This document shows, piece by piece, positions 1 to 12,000 of a stretch of DNA of 64,000 nt. Each line of letters begins with the position of its first letter. The first letter of the stretch is position 1. The notes under the pieces were generated by a model. That model had not been told where the DNA came from and did no database searches. It was given only the letters and a program-made list of their open reading frames with translations. The translations under genes were made by a program, and so were the position numbers. This DNA comes from Octopus sinensis (taxonomy: Eukaryota): contig NC_043016.1 in NCBI RefSeq assembly GCF_006345805.1, positions 5,518,001 through 5,582,000 on the forward strand, written 5' to 3'.

Positions 1-626
1 TTATTTAAAATATTTAAACGTACGGGTTGTGCGATGTATGCAAGATACTCCTAGCTCCGAAAGGTTATTGAACAGATTTGTATTACTCCTATGTTTTAAA
101 ATTTTATGTTTCCATAGAACAAAGTTCACAATCAAGGCCGTGCTTTTCTTACTATATCCCATTTCAGGTTGAATTCTATATTATTCTTTTTCAGTTCCCA
201 AATTTTACTAGACAACGTTGTCCAACCTGCTTTGTGTTTCAGCCTAAAGGAGGAAAAATGATTGTTTAAACGTTTCTTTAAATCTACCGAACAACTGAAA
301 TAAAGATAGTTGTTAATTTGAAGTTATTATTGTACATTTATAAATCACATTTTGGACCAAACATTTATAAATCACATTTTGGACCAAATACCGGACATTT
401 CGATCTCATCATACAATCCTGGGGGGATAATTCCTTGTACTAGTATTATTTATGGATAATTCGATTTTCATTTCTGTTATTTGAGTTGTTATTAGTATTT
501 GTGTTATTTTCTCTAATTGTAGTTATATTGTTATTCAATATCCTCATTATCATCACCTACTACATTTTTATCTATACTACCTATATTATTGAAGTTATTA
601 TTATCACTATTTATATTAATGTTTTT

Positions 627-687
627 ATTATTATTATTATTATTATCATCCTTATTATTATTACCATTATTATCATTATTATTATTA

Positions 688-740
<53 letters not shown>
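627..740. repeat. (ATT)n microsatellite
   Basis: Long ATT/ATC run; source of the poly-Ile ORF 486..878. Confidence 0.95.
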
Positions 741-741
<1 letters not shown>

Positions 742-1684
742 TATGTTTGACTTTTGCTTTATGTTTATACAAGTTGGCTCCAAGTCTCACCCAGAGACCT
801 CAAGAGACAACAGGTTGGAAGTTCACGTTGTTGTTATGCCTGGTGTGCCATATATTTGGGGTTTTTGTGTTGTACTAGTGAATGTCTAATAAATAATTTT
901 TTTTTTCAAATGTTTGTTTTAAACCTTGAGATTACATAGAAAGTATTTTGCGTAGGATATGAACAGTTCCCATGAGCACTTTCTTTTGAATTTCTGCCAT
1001 TTTGGGGTTTCCTGGTATCTGAGTTAGGTAGCAATCAGCCCCTTTCGCTATCATTCCCAGGGCACCTATGACAACATGTATTGTTTTAGTCTTCAGTTTC
1101 CACATTTTGCTGATTTCTATTTCAAGATCTTTATATTTGCTCAGTTTTTGGTAGGTCTTGACAGATACATTTATATCGATTGGGACAGTCATATCAATGA
1201 GGAGGCATGTTCTTTGTCTGAAGTCTTTCAATATGATGCCTGGCCTATTTGCATCTATCTTTCTGTCAGTTTGAATGGAGAAGTTCCAGAGGAGTGAGAT
1301 GTGGTCATTTTCAAGCACTGGAGGTGGATTGTGTTCCCACCAGTTTTATTCATGGGGCAAATCCAGGTTTTTGCAAATTACCCAGTGAATATATTGTGCA
1401 GCTCTATCATGCCTTTTGAGGTACTCTGTAGGCGCTAGAAGACTGCACTTGGAGACAACATGATCAATGGTTTCCTTTTGTTGTCGACATACACGACATG
1501 TTGGGCTACTGCCGTTCTTTAATATTTTGGCCTGGTAGTTTCTTGTTGGTAGGCATTGATCTTGAGCTGCGATGATAAATCCGTCTGTTTCAGATTTTAA
1601 GCCAGAGGCCATTAGCCATTGGTGGGTCAGGGCTTTGTCAATATCTGCATTATTCGCTCTCTTTGGGTATTTGCCATAGAGAGG

Positions 1685-1688
<4 letters not shown>
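741..1688 (-). mobile_element. 5'-truncated R4/Dong-like non-LTR retrotransposon (family Dong-A): zinc finger and RLE endonuclease, frameshifted
   Basis: ORF 1346..1612 has CRVC...ETIDHVVSKC...RHDRAAQYIHW. ORF 932..1318 has LWNFSIQTDRKIDANRPGII...LIDMTVP...KYKDL. Flanked by (AAT)n on both sides. Confidence 0.88.

Positions 1689-1742
<54 letters not shown>
1689..1742. repeat. (ATT)n microsatellite
   Basis: Pure ATT run directly beside the Dong-A 5' truncation point. Confidence 0.95.
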
Positions 1743-1744
<2 letters not shown>

Positions 1745-1904
1745 TGTTTTTATTTTTATTACTATTATTGCTGTTATTCTATCCCTAGCTAACTTAATAT
1801 TTTTACTATTAAGTCTAGCTATTTGGAAAAGTAGAATATGATATTCTTACTGATTTATTAGAAATTATTTTATAATATTAATGGGAAGCTGGGAAGGTTT
1901 TTTT

Positions 1905-2040
1905 CTAGTGGTGTGTTTACGTCCTTGTAACTTAGCGGTTCGGCAAAAGACCCCGATAGAATAAGTACTAGGCTTACAAAGAATAAGTCCTACTAAAGGC
2001 GGTGCTCCAGCATGGCAACATTCAAATGACTGAGAACATC
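1905..2040 (+). mobile_element. 3' fragment of a tRNA-derived SINE
   Basis: GGTGTGTTTACGTCC...TAGCGGTTCGGCAAAAGA...CGATAGAATAAGTACTAGGC matches the SINE bodies at 7262-7520 (reverse) and 34670-35030. Confidence 0.65.
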
Positions 2041-2107
2041 TTAATGAATCTAATAACATTTTATAACAAATCATACGATGCGTATTGAGGAGGCCAAAAA
2101 TCTATAT

Positions 2108-2119
2108 TATATATATATG

Positions 2120-2159
<40 letters not shown>

Positions 2160-2173
2160 CATACATATATATA

Positions 2174-2248
<75 letters not shown>

Positions 2249-2420
2249 GTCATATGTGCATATATGCATTCATACACACACATATACTCACACGCACTCA
2301 TACACACACACGCGCGTGCACACACACACATGCACACACATACACGTGCAACCTAAAATACACATACATTTACACATACGTACATACATATTAATATATG
2401 TACACATACAATTATATATA
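2108..2420. repeat. compound (TG)n/(TA)n/(CA)n microsatellite
   Basis: Direct reading of the sequence. Confidence 0.9.
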
Positions 2421-2489
2421 TTTGGAATTTACAAAATTAAACAAAAAAAGAAATGAGGCGAAGACAGTAGTTTAAGGCTCGGGAAGGTG

Positions 2490-2950
2490 AGAAGTCTTTT
2501 ACGTTTCTAGCCTACGCTCTTCAACAGAAAGGAACATGAGAAAATAACTAGAGAGAGAAGAAAAAAGTTTCAGTGGCTAGCGGTCCAACATGTATGTATG
2601 GTTTTCTACATGTTTTATGGTTAAGGGTAGTTTTGTATTCCTGTATAAAGACAACTTCAATGACTTGTCTCAGGATTGCATCAGTGGGATATGTAAATAG
2701 GATATCTAACCTAAGTCTCCCTAAGGAGCCATTTTCACAGTCTACAACGTGCTGATAGAAGCTGCCGTTTGTCTTTTTTTAGTTTTTTTAATGTGGTTTT
2801 CCAGGTGTTCTTTGAACCTATCATTGATGCTCCTAGAAGTCTCACCAATACATGACTCTGGGATAACCGCGCAAGCTCCTTCTGCAGTTCATATATGGGT
2901 TTGTAGAACATACTTCACAATTATTCCGACACAAAATTTCTTACTTACAA
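2490..2950 (-). mobile_element. Penelope-like element remnant (GIY-YIG endonuclease C-terminus plus terminal repeat)
   Basis: Manual minus-strand translation gives CIGETSRSINDRFKEHLENH and, after a frameshift, FYQHVVDCENG...ILRQVIEVVFIQEYKTTLN, matching the PLE GIY-YIG pattern (YIGET.R....R..EH; E...I......LN). Confidence 0.65.
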
Positions 2951-3225
2951 CACAAACACGCCTAGGCATCTACATGGTTTTCTAATATAGAGTGGATATG
3001 TCCACCAGAATAAAACACTACTCAAAAGAGCCGTTAAGTAAAATATAGCAGAGAAACTCGTTCAAAAAATAGTAAGATTCACGGCTATATTTAACAAATA
3101 AAAACTAGGGTTTGTTAGTTATAATTTTACAGGGGAAATAACTCAAAGTTCTGTCTTGAAGGTACTTAGACTATTAATTATTTTACAATTCATTTATTTA
3201 ATATATTTTAATATCAATTTTTTGG

Positions 3226-3710
3226 AGGGCGGTGAGCTGGCAAAAACGTTAGCACGCCGGGCGAAATGCGTAGCCGTATTTCGTCTGCCGTTACGTTCTG
3301 AGTTCAAATTCCGCCGAGGTCGACTTTGCCTTTCATCCTTTCGGGGTCGATAAATTAAGTACCAGTTACGCACTGGGGTCGATATAATCGACTTAATCCG
3401 TTTGTCCGTCCTTGTTTGTCCCCTCTGTGTTTAGCCCCTTGTGGGTAGTAAAGAAATAGGTTAAATTTTGTAAAGAAATAGGTATTTCGTCTGCCGTTAC
3501 GTTGTGAGTTCAAATTCCGCCGAGGTCGACTTTGCCTTTCATATTTTCGGTGTCGATTAAATAAGTACCAGTTACGCACTGGGGTCGATGTAATCGACTT
3601 AATCCGTTTGTCTGTCCTAGTGGATAGTAAAGAAATAGGTATTTCGTCTGCCGCTACGTTCTTTCGGGGTCGATTAAATAAGTACCAGTTACGCACTGGG
3701 GTTGATATTG
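3226..3710 (+). mobile_element. tRNA-derived SINE with two tandem partial re-copies
   Basis: A-box-like AGCTGGCAAAAACGTTAG and B-box GAGTTCAAATTCC (3300-3312). The body repeats from about 3478 and again from about 3635. Confidence 0.8.
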
Positions 3711-3719
3711 GTATACAAA

Positions 3720-4450
3720 ATTCGTACCCTTATGAAAATGATAACAACCAAACTATGTTGAATGGTTTTCTCGTATGAGTCGTTCTGTCGCAGAAGCTCT
3801 ACGGAATATCAAGCGGGCCTTTGGTTATGGTTTTGTTGACATCAGAATTGTTCCGAGAGTAATCCAAAGCTCTCGTTCAGGAGATGATAGCTTGAAAATA
3901 AACCAAGGAGTACGCCAAAATTAGTTATTCGGCATGATGGATTAAATACTTTGTTTGAACAAAATCCGAGATCAAAGGTTCGAAAACTTTCATCAGAACT
4001 CCAAACATCTCACACAACTGTTTTTAAACACCTGTAAAAAAAATTGGAAAAGTCAAGAAAACGGATAGTTTAGTTCCACATTATCTGAATGAGATTAAAA
4101 AAACAGACGACTCGAAGGAAAAACGGTAACAGCAACATCGTATTGCCAGTTTAGTGAATAGACACAAAGCACGTCCTCACACTCTTCAAGCTACGGTCTA
4201 AAAGTTGCAAAGCCTCAATTATGAGATTTTGCAACATCCTCCCTGTTCCTCTGATATCTCTCCTACTGATCATCACTTATTTAAGCATTTTGAGCTTTTC
4301 ACAAGCAATAAAACACAATTGAGGCATTCGGACAGTTTATCACAGAAAAAAATTAATAGAGTTTCTAGTCTTAGTAGTAATTCTAAGGAATTACTGCTAA
4401 GACTAGAAACTCTATTTATCGATGTAAAATTACTTCCGGTTCTGACGTCT
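3720..4450 (+). mobile_element. degraded mariner transposase remnant
   Basis: ORF 4205..4462 has KLQSLNYEILQHPPCSSDISPTDHHLFKHF (mariner HPPYSPDLAP.D..LF motif). Upstream DNA encodes ARPH-like and AEALRNIKRAFG...SGDDSLE-like segments. Confidence 0.75.
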
Positions 4451-4809
4451 TTTTTTATATAGGTTGTTTTTCATCTCAGTTGTCCACAAGAATATCTAAT
4501 CATTACTGTACATTTAGGCATATTTATTTGATAATTAGTATAAGTTAAGATAAGTACATTTATTCTATTATTATTTTTTATTAATTATTATTTTAGACCT
4601 GATCAGTGACTATATTGTGTGCACACAAACGTGCACACACCATCCTACCAAATATTAAACACACACAGACACATTTACATACACCACAATAAACCCTGGG
4701 ACCAATCAAAAACGGCCCACACACGCAACCACAAACACGTATATACACACACACTCACACCATTATGACCGCTAAAGACCGATCCCCATAACCACTGAAC
4801 TGTGAAAGA

Positions 4810-5340
4810 GAAGCAAAAACTTGGTTACGTCACATTTCCTGTTGGTATCATATTATTTCTTACAGCGGCAAGCAAGGATTCACTCTGTTGTTTGATGTAC
4901 CGTTCCAAACAGTTTTTCTCGTTGGCAACACAGATCTCTTCCTCGTTCTTAGGCACATACCGTTTTTCAATATCGCATTTTGGGTGCAGTTCCTTGTTAA
5001 TTGTCATCCATTTTCTCGAGCTCCTTCTCTCTCCATCTCTCGACACCTGCACCGTATCGCATTGTGTTCACTCATTGATCATGTTCTTTCCATTAAGTCT
5101 ACTTAATTACAGTCTACATAATTAATTTGGTTCTTCTGCGGTATTCTCGCCTAATGCTCTCTTTCATCTCACTCCCCTTGATTTTGTCTTTCTCCAAGAT
5201 ACCCAGATACTTATATCCATCAGTCTCAGCTCTCACACTTTTTAGCCCTAAATTCCATTCCCATATCCTTACTGAATATCTGCACTGTTTACACCAGACC
5301 ATTTTTTTAATATTCGATCTTCCCAAAGATATTTAAGTCA
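4810..5340 (-). mobile_element. degraded R4/Dong-like RT C-terminal fragment
   Basis: YKYLGILEKDKIKGSEMKESIRREYRRRTKLI and LHPKCDIEKRYVPK are homologous to YKYLGI...EKIKKECYRR and MHHPKADVDRLYLPR in ORF 14326..15768. Confidence 0.75.
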
Positions 5341-5854
5341 TCTATATATAACAGATAATTTAATTTTTCTCCCCTTAAAAGTGGAGAAAAATTGTCGATG
5401 TAATCGACTTACACCACCCCCGGAATTTTTAGGCTTGTTCCAAAATTTAAACTCAATATTTATTTTATTTCATTTTGTTTCGCTCATAAATTTGTTGTTT
5501 ATTGACTTAGCGCCTCCTCTGAACTTGCTGGCCTTGTGTCAAAATATGAAACCAATTTACATTTAAACCAACTGTATATGCCCAAAGTAAGAAGCAATGG
5601 AGCATCAAGCATCTAAAAGAAAATCTTTTATTTAAATAAAATGAAATACCTATTTACAAGGTTATATAGAGTTTTATTTGTCTGTTCATCTCCTTGAGCA
5701 GAAAGTAACCAGCAATAATCCATGCAATGAAAAGGGTACAACCAGAACAACGATGGTGGTACGACTTATTGTGGGAGATTCTTCACCTAGAAAATATCAT
5801 GAAAGAGTGCTATAACGTGCTAACTATTATAATGGAGTATTATCATATGGGAGG

Positions 5855-6430
5855 CGATAAACTGATTGAATTGTTGGCACTCCAGGCATTATTTCGTCCG
5901 TCTTTACGTTCTGAGATCAAATTCTGCTGACATCGACTGCCGTTCATCCTTTCGAGGTCGATAAAACAAGTCATTGTTGGACACAGGAGACAGTGTAATC
6001 GACTTACCCATTTGCCCAAAATTATTGGCCTTTTGCCAAAATTTGGAACAATTATTGTTATTAATAAAGCAGTAGGCTATCAGAATCGAGAGTACACCGG
6101 TAAAAATGCATAGCAGCATTTCGTCCGTATTCACGTTCAGAGATCAAAATTTGGTAGCGTCTACTTTGCCTTTCTTCTTTTTGTGTTCATAGAAGAAATA
6201 CCAGTTGAGTACGGGGTCAATATAATCGACATCCCTTATTTCGAAATTGCTGGATCTGTGCCAAAATTTCAAGCCATTATTATTGTTATAAAGGTTGTTA
6301 GCATGTCGGGCAAAATGCTTAGCAGCACACTCTGTGAAGTGGTTGGGGTTAGGAAGGCCATCCAACCCAGCTGCCCTGGATGCTAGATCTGGTCAAACCA
6401 TCCAACCCATAGCAGCTGAAAAATACGAAC
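5855..6430 (+). mobile_element. cluster of old, degenerate SINE fragments
   Basis: Degenerate copies of ATTTCGTC..TACGTTCTGAG.TCAAATT at about 5890 and 6120, and a GGGCAAAATGCTTAGC head at about 6310. Confidence 0.5.
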
Positions 6431-6459
6431 ATTAAATGATGATAAGATGACAGATATAT

Positions 6460-6632
6460 ACATATGTATGTGTGTATCTATCTATATATATGTGTGTGTG
6501 TGTGTATGTATACACACACACAGACACGCATACATACATACATACATACATACATACATACATACATACATACATACATACATACATACATACATACAAA
6601 CATGCATGCATACGTACATACATACATATATA
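6460..6632. repeat. (TACA)n and compound microsatellite
   Basis: Direct reading of the sequence. Confidence 0.95.
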
Positions 6633-7106
6633 GCTAGTTATAAAATCTCAGAGTAGTAACCATACTAACCAGGAAAAGTTAATCGCCACATCAAAGTGGC
6701 TGTTCCGTGTTACTACTAGTTTAACTCCAGGCAAATCTTGCGCCAGCTGGTTATCGATGCAGCGCTGCACCCTATATATTTCTAGTAAGGGTAGCGAACC
6801 CCTGCCACCCTCTAGAAGACAGCAGGATGGCGGATGTCATGACTGACTCAGTTTCGAGGTGGTTGGTTCATCATCAGTAGCGAGTACCTGGCCGCCAGAG
6901 CAATAAGCAGGGTCCGCTCCAGTCAGCAACATATTGTAAATAAATCTGCAAGGTTGCAGATCACATTTCCAGAAAATTTTTAAAATTTTGAAAATTTTAA
7001 TGTTCCGATGTTGCTAAAAGTTTTCCCACCAGAACAGTTGTTCTCACTGGCATTGGAAAATTTCAAACGTTCCTAGGGGAGAAAGAAAAAAATGACAAAT
7101 TATCTA

Positions 7107-7518
7107 GGCGTAAGCATGGTTGTGTGGTTAGAAGATTGCCTGCCAACTACATGATTCTGGCTTCAGTCGCACTGCGTGACACCATGGGCAAGTATTTTCT
7201 ACTTATAGCTTCGGGCCTTGTAAAGTCGGAAACTGAACGACAAAAAGTCGTATCGATAGACAGGCAGCCTAGTACTTATTCTATCGGTCTCTTTTGCCGA
7301 ACCGCTAAGTTACAGGGACGTAAACACACCAAAACTGGTTGTCAAGCGATGGTGGGGGAGATAAATACAGACATATATTATATACAACGGGCTTCTATCA
7401 GTTTGCGCCTACCTAATCCACTCACAAGGCTATAGTAGAGGACACTTGCCCAAGGTGCCACGCAGTGGGACTGAACCCGGAACATGTTGTTGGGAAGCAA
7501 GCTTCTTACCGCACAACC

Positions 7519-7520
<2 letters not shown>
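7107..7520. mobile_element. two tRNA-SINE copies in inverted (tail-to-tail) orientation
   Basis: Plus-strand head 7107-7250 (GTGTGGTTAGAAG...GGCTTCAGTCGCACTGCGTG). Minus-strand copy 7262-7520 with B-box GGTTCAGTCCC. Confidence 0.7.
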
Positions 7521-7554
<34 letters not shown>

Positions 7555-7556
<2 letters not shown>

Positions 7557-8744
7557 GGTTATCCGTAATAATGAAGGGTGAAATTAATTAATTTGGAATA
7601 ATTATCAATTACACCAAGTAGTCTTCGGCATGTAAAAGCCTCATTCGAGGAAATTTAAGTAATACTAAGCAATAAAGGGTTTAGCAACGAATTGCCTTAC
7701 CACATACCGAATTTAGAAATAGCAGTCAAAGAGTTATAGCTATTTCTTCTACTAAAAAGGGAGATCTCAGTAAAAACAGCAATTGGAAGGCAGACACAAC
7801 AGGTAAGAGAGAATGAATTGACGGCAATCTATCATACAATTTTAAGTTATCTACGGACGTACGTTTCGAAATCAAGTCTTTAGGAAAGCATAAGAATTAA
7901 ATATTAAATAATTCTATCTTACCAAAAACTTCTTTTCTCTTCAGCGTAGAATACTATAATCATAAATGATTATATATTGAATTTTGAGATACTAGAAGGC
8001 ACCAACTCAACTCAGTATCAGAGCGAGCTAGAATCCGCAACTAGTATCACCAAATTCAATGCGTGAATGAAAAGATTGTGTCACCAGCCCCTTCCCACCC
8101 GCGTGTAGCCAAAACAAGATGCTGTGGTCATCTACTGAGATAAAATATGGTTATCCGTAATAATGAAGGGTGAAATTAATTAATTTGGAATAATTATCAA
8201 TTACACCAAGTAGTCTTCGGTATGTAAAAGCCTCATTCGAGGAAAATTTAAGTAATACTAAGCAATAAGGGTTTAGCAACGAATTGCCTTACCACATACC
8301 GAATTTAGAAATAGCAGTCAAAGAGTTATAGCTATTTCTTCTACTAAAAAGGGAGATCTCAGTAAAAACAGCATTGGAGGGCAGACACAACAGGTAAGAG
8401 AGAATGAGTTGACGGCAATCTATCATACAATTTTAAGTTATCTACGGACATACGTTTCGAAATCAAGTCTTTAGGAAAGCATAAGAATTAAATATTAAAT
8501 AATTCTATCTTCTATCTTACCAAAAACTTCTTTTCTCTTCAGCGTAGAATACTATAATCATAAATGATTATATATTGAATTTTGAGATACTAGAAGGCAC
8601 CAACTCAACTCAATAATCAATTGCTGTTTTTACTGAGATCTCCCTTTTTAGTAGAAGAAATAGCTATAACTCTTTGACTGCTATTTCTAATTCGGTATGT
8701 GGTAAGGCAATTCGTTGCTAAACCCTTTATTGCTTAGTATTACT

Positions 8745-8745
<1 letters not shown>
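7555..8745. repeat. 592-bp tandem unit (about 1.8 copies) plus inverted partial copy, bounded by (TA)n
   Basis: ATGGTTATCCGTAATAATG at 7555 and 8147. 8613-8745 is the reverse complement of an internal part of the unit. Confidence 0.9.
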
Positions 8746-8802
<57 letters not shown>

Positions 8803-8813
8803 TATATATATAT

Positions 8814-8847
<34 letters not shown>

Positions 8848-8850
8848 ATA

Positions 8851-9005
8851 CCGGAGTAAACACATAAATGTGCAACAAGGTGGAAAAAGAGTACTCAAGT
8901 ATCAGTGGTAGAGTAATATGCTTTATTTAAAGCAGCAGAAAATTCAGCAAAACCTGTTACTCTGAGTTTCACGTTGAAACTCAGAGTAACAAGTTTTGTT
9001 GAATT
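8851..9005. repeat. fragment of hammerhead repeat family HH-B with a local fold-back
   Basis: Matches 22615-22740. AAAACCTGTTACTCTGAGTTTCA-CGT-TGAAACTCAGAGTAACAAGTTTT is a near-perfect palindrome. Confidence 0.75.
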
Positions 9006-9084
9006 TTGTGTGGGTGCGGGTTGGTGGGTGCGGGTTGGTGGGTGTGTGTAAAATTTATAAATATAATTTACGATAAAATTTTAT

Positions 9085-12000
9085 TTTATTTTCATTAAAA
9101 TACAAGTGAATTCAGAGCTCATAACAGTTTTCCTGCAATTAGCCACCTCTGACTGTCACTCACTGCCACTCCGTTTGTTGTTTTACTCTTGCCCTAGCGT
9201 TCTTGGAGCTGAAGCTTTAAATGTTGTTTGTTTGTTTTGGCATCTGCCACTGCTCGGAGGAAATCGATGTCACAATGGACGATATTAAAAATGCAAAGGA
9301 TTTGTTAAAGAAAGATGGAAACAACGTCTTCCTTAACACTGCACAACAACTGCTATATCAAACAAACAAAAGGACCATATTTTCGACAAAATTTTCAACA
9401 TAAAACACAAAAAAGTAGAAGGGGCAGTTGGAGATAGTGCTAAAGCCGATACGGGCAAAGAAATAATATGTAACCAAGGGGAAGCGAGGAAACGATTTGG
9501 AACTGTAGAAGTTCGCTTCCCAACTGAAAAGAACGCAAAGCGGCATTCCACAGTACCCTTAAAAACTGAGGATTTGCTGCTCGTGCCGACATACCTTGGT
9601 CGGCGCGTTACAAAAATAAAAATAGAGCAAGTGCCACCTGAACTCAGTATATGCTGGCTAGTGGTAGCTGTCCTCTTAGACATAGAGGACACTGCCACAG
9701 TTTTAAAAGTGCACAAATTGCAGTTAAAACTGGTCGGGTATGGGTATGCAGCTTCTCGTTCGAATTGAACAAGAAAGCATAAATGCCAAACCCTACTCCA
9801 CACCAGACAGCACAAGGTTGCACGTTGCTGTGAAGGGGCGACGACCAAAGTACTACCTCTGCAGCAGCGAAAAACATTTAAAATTGGATTGCCCCATATA
9901 CAAGGGGAGAATGGAGGCAGAAAGAAGGCGCCAGTATCAGAGACATCTTCAGTGCAACAGCAGCAGCAATAAACACCAACAACTAGAGACGCAGCGGAGG
10001 CAGAGAACAAAAGCTTCCGCACCACCAACACCACCAACAAAAGCGACACCACCTCCTACCATCACCAGACCAACACTGACGTCGATAACACTGGCCAGGA
10101 TAAATATACCACCAACAACAACAGCACCACATTCAATAACAAATGAAGCTACACTAGAAAGAGTTTAAACGGACCCCAAATCAGCTCGGACAGTGCGAGC
10201 ACTGATAGCGAGAAGGGGGAGTGGCACACCGTACCACCGAAAAAGAAGAGAAAAAACTAAAGAGAATCGATGAAGTGAGGAGGCGCGAGAAAGCAGAGCT
10301 TCCCTACAACAACAGCAACATGCATTCAACAACGTTCAACAACAACAACACCTCCAGCACTACCACCGCAAACATCAACACAAATTACAACACACAGACA
10401 ACATCACCACCACCACCACCACCACCAATACAAACATCATAGCAAGAAAACTACGAGATAATAAAGAACAAATATCCAGATGATGTTAGGTCGCTCGGGA
10501 AAAGTTTCTCGAAAAAATTATACCAGAATTTGGTGGAAATACCCACGCGAAAGCATAAGAGAGTCACCCCACCAGAAAACGGCGGTAAGTAGAGCATTTT
10601 CTCCTGCATAACTCTTTTTCGACATGGTTATGCTCAGAATCGGTAGCATCAATGTGAGGGACCTCGGGTTGCCTTGAAAACAAGGTCACTTCTTAAACGC
10701 CCTAAAGGTCTTACAATGTGGATGTAGCAGCCATTAGCGAAACCAGGCTCTCCGACCCACGGGAATTCGCAGCCCTTTTTGGCGGATACGAGATTTTCTA
10801 CCTCTGTGTCGGCCTGGAGCGGGCAGTGGTGTTACTGCGGTGCTATTTTGGAAAAGCCTGACTTTGAAAATAAAGGCAGTCTTCCTGGATCAGGATGGTT
10901 AGTTGGCGGTCCTGGATGCGAACAGTAGTGACGGCGGTGCCTTCAGACTGATGGCTGCCTATGCTCCGACAGGATCAGGGCAGTCGGATTATTTCAAGGT
11001 TTTCCTGGGTACATCTCGCACTTCAGTGCTAGTTGGGGATTGGAACGTTGTCTTAGACGAACGTTTCGATCGGGTAGGCGTGAGAGCATCTGATAGGAGA
11101 GTGGGGTGCAAAAGCCTCACCAACCTGCTCAGACGCTTTCAACTGTCTGACAGGTATCGACTAGACAACCCGAATGTGCAAATGTGGACTTGGACTAATC
11201 GCATCGGGTCGTCTAGATAGTACTTAGAGTTTTCTGCAGGCCGGCGGATAAGGACAGCATAGGGTGTCCACAATTCCACATAGTCAGCTACTCGGACCAC
11301 AAATTCGTGATCTGTACGGTCGACTTAGATAGGCTACATAGACAGGGTCCCGGTTACTGGGAGCTAAACGCATCGTTAACGGTGTGCAGAGCTTACAGAG
11401 ACCGAATTAGCTTATTAGTTAAGCGGGCACTCACGGGGGCAATCATCAACAACAACTGGTGGTTTGCACTCAAGAGAGCAATTAGAGTAGAGTCGATTAG
11501 GTTTAGTAAGGCTCTAGATGTAGAAACAAAGAAAATAGAGCGAGGTTTAGTTAAAAAAAACTAGACGAGGCTCTTAGGACAGGCATCGCGACCGACGTAT
11601 TGGAGGCCAGGTAGGCCCTCGACCAACACTTCGACGCCAAACACGAAGGCTGCGTTGAGAGAGCTAAGACACGTTCGGTAAGAGGGGACTAAAGCCGCTC
11701 TATGGGCCCGTGTAGCGGAGACGAAGCGTGGCAACAGGGCAACCATTCGGTCTTTGGTGGACCAGAACGGGAGAGAGGTTTCTGAACCGAAACAGATGTG
11801 TGCGGCCTTTCAGCAGTAGTCTGCTCGACTGTTGGGGACGAGCGGTGGGACGGACAACGGGACAAATTTCGGTATGTACCTGGTCGGCCTGCCGCGACTC
11901 TCAGCCAACGAGGCAGAGTGCTGCTAAACACTAGAGAACTTTCGGCCATCACTCTGCTCAATGCAGAGTTGAAGATTTTGGCCAAGGTGTGAGCCAAAAG

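Noticed and set aside
240-270. AAAGGAGG followed by ATG, resembling a bacterial ribosome-binding site
   Set aside because: No ORF follows; chance match in eukaryotic DNA.
335-390. Short direct tandem duplication (ACATTTATAAATCACATTTTGGACCAA)
   Set aside because: Isolated slippage-type duplication with no further structure.
6841-6885. Minus-strand CTGATGA...GAAAC-TGA-GTC hammerhead-like string
   Set aside because: The intervening TGAACCAACCACCTC cannot form stem II and stem I does not pair. It may be a decayed copy.
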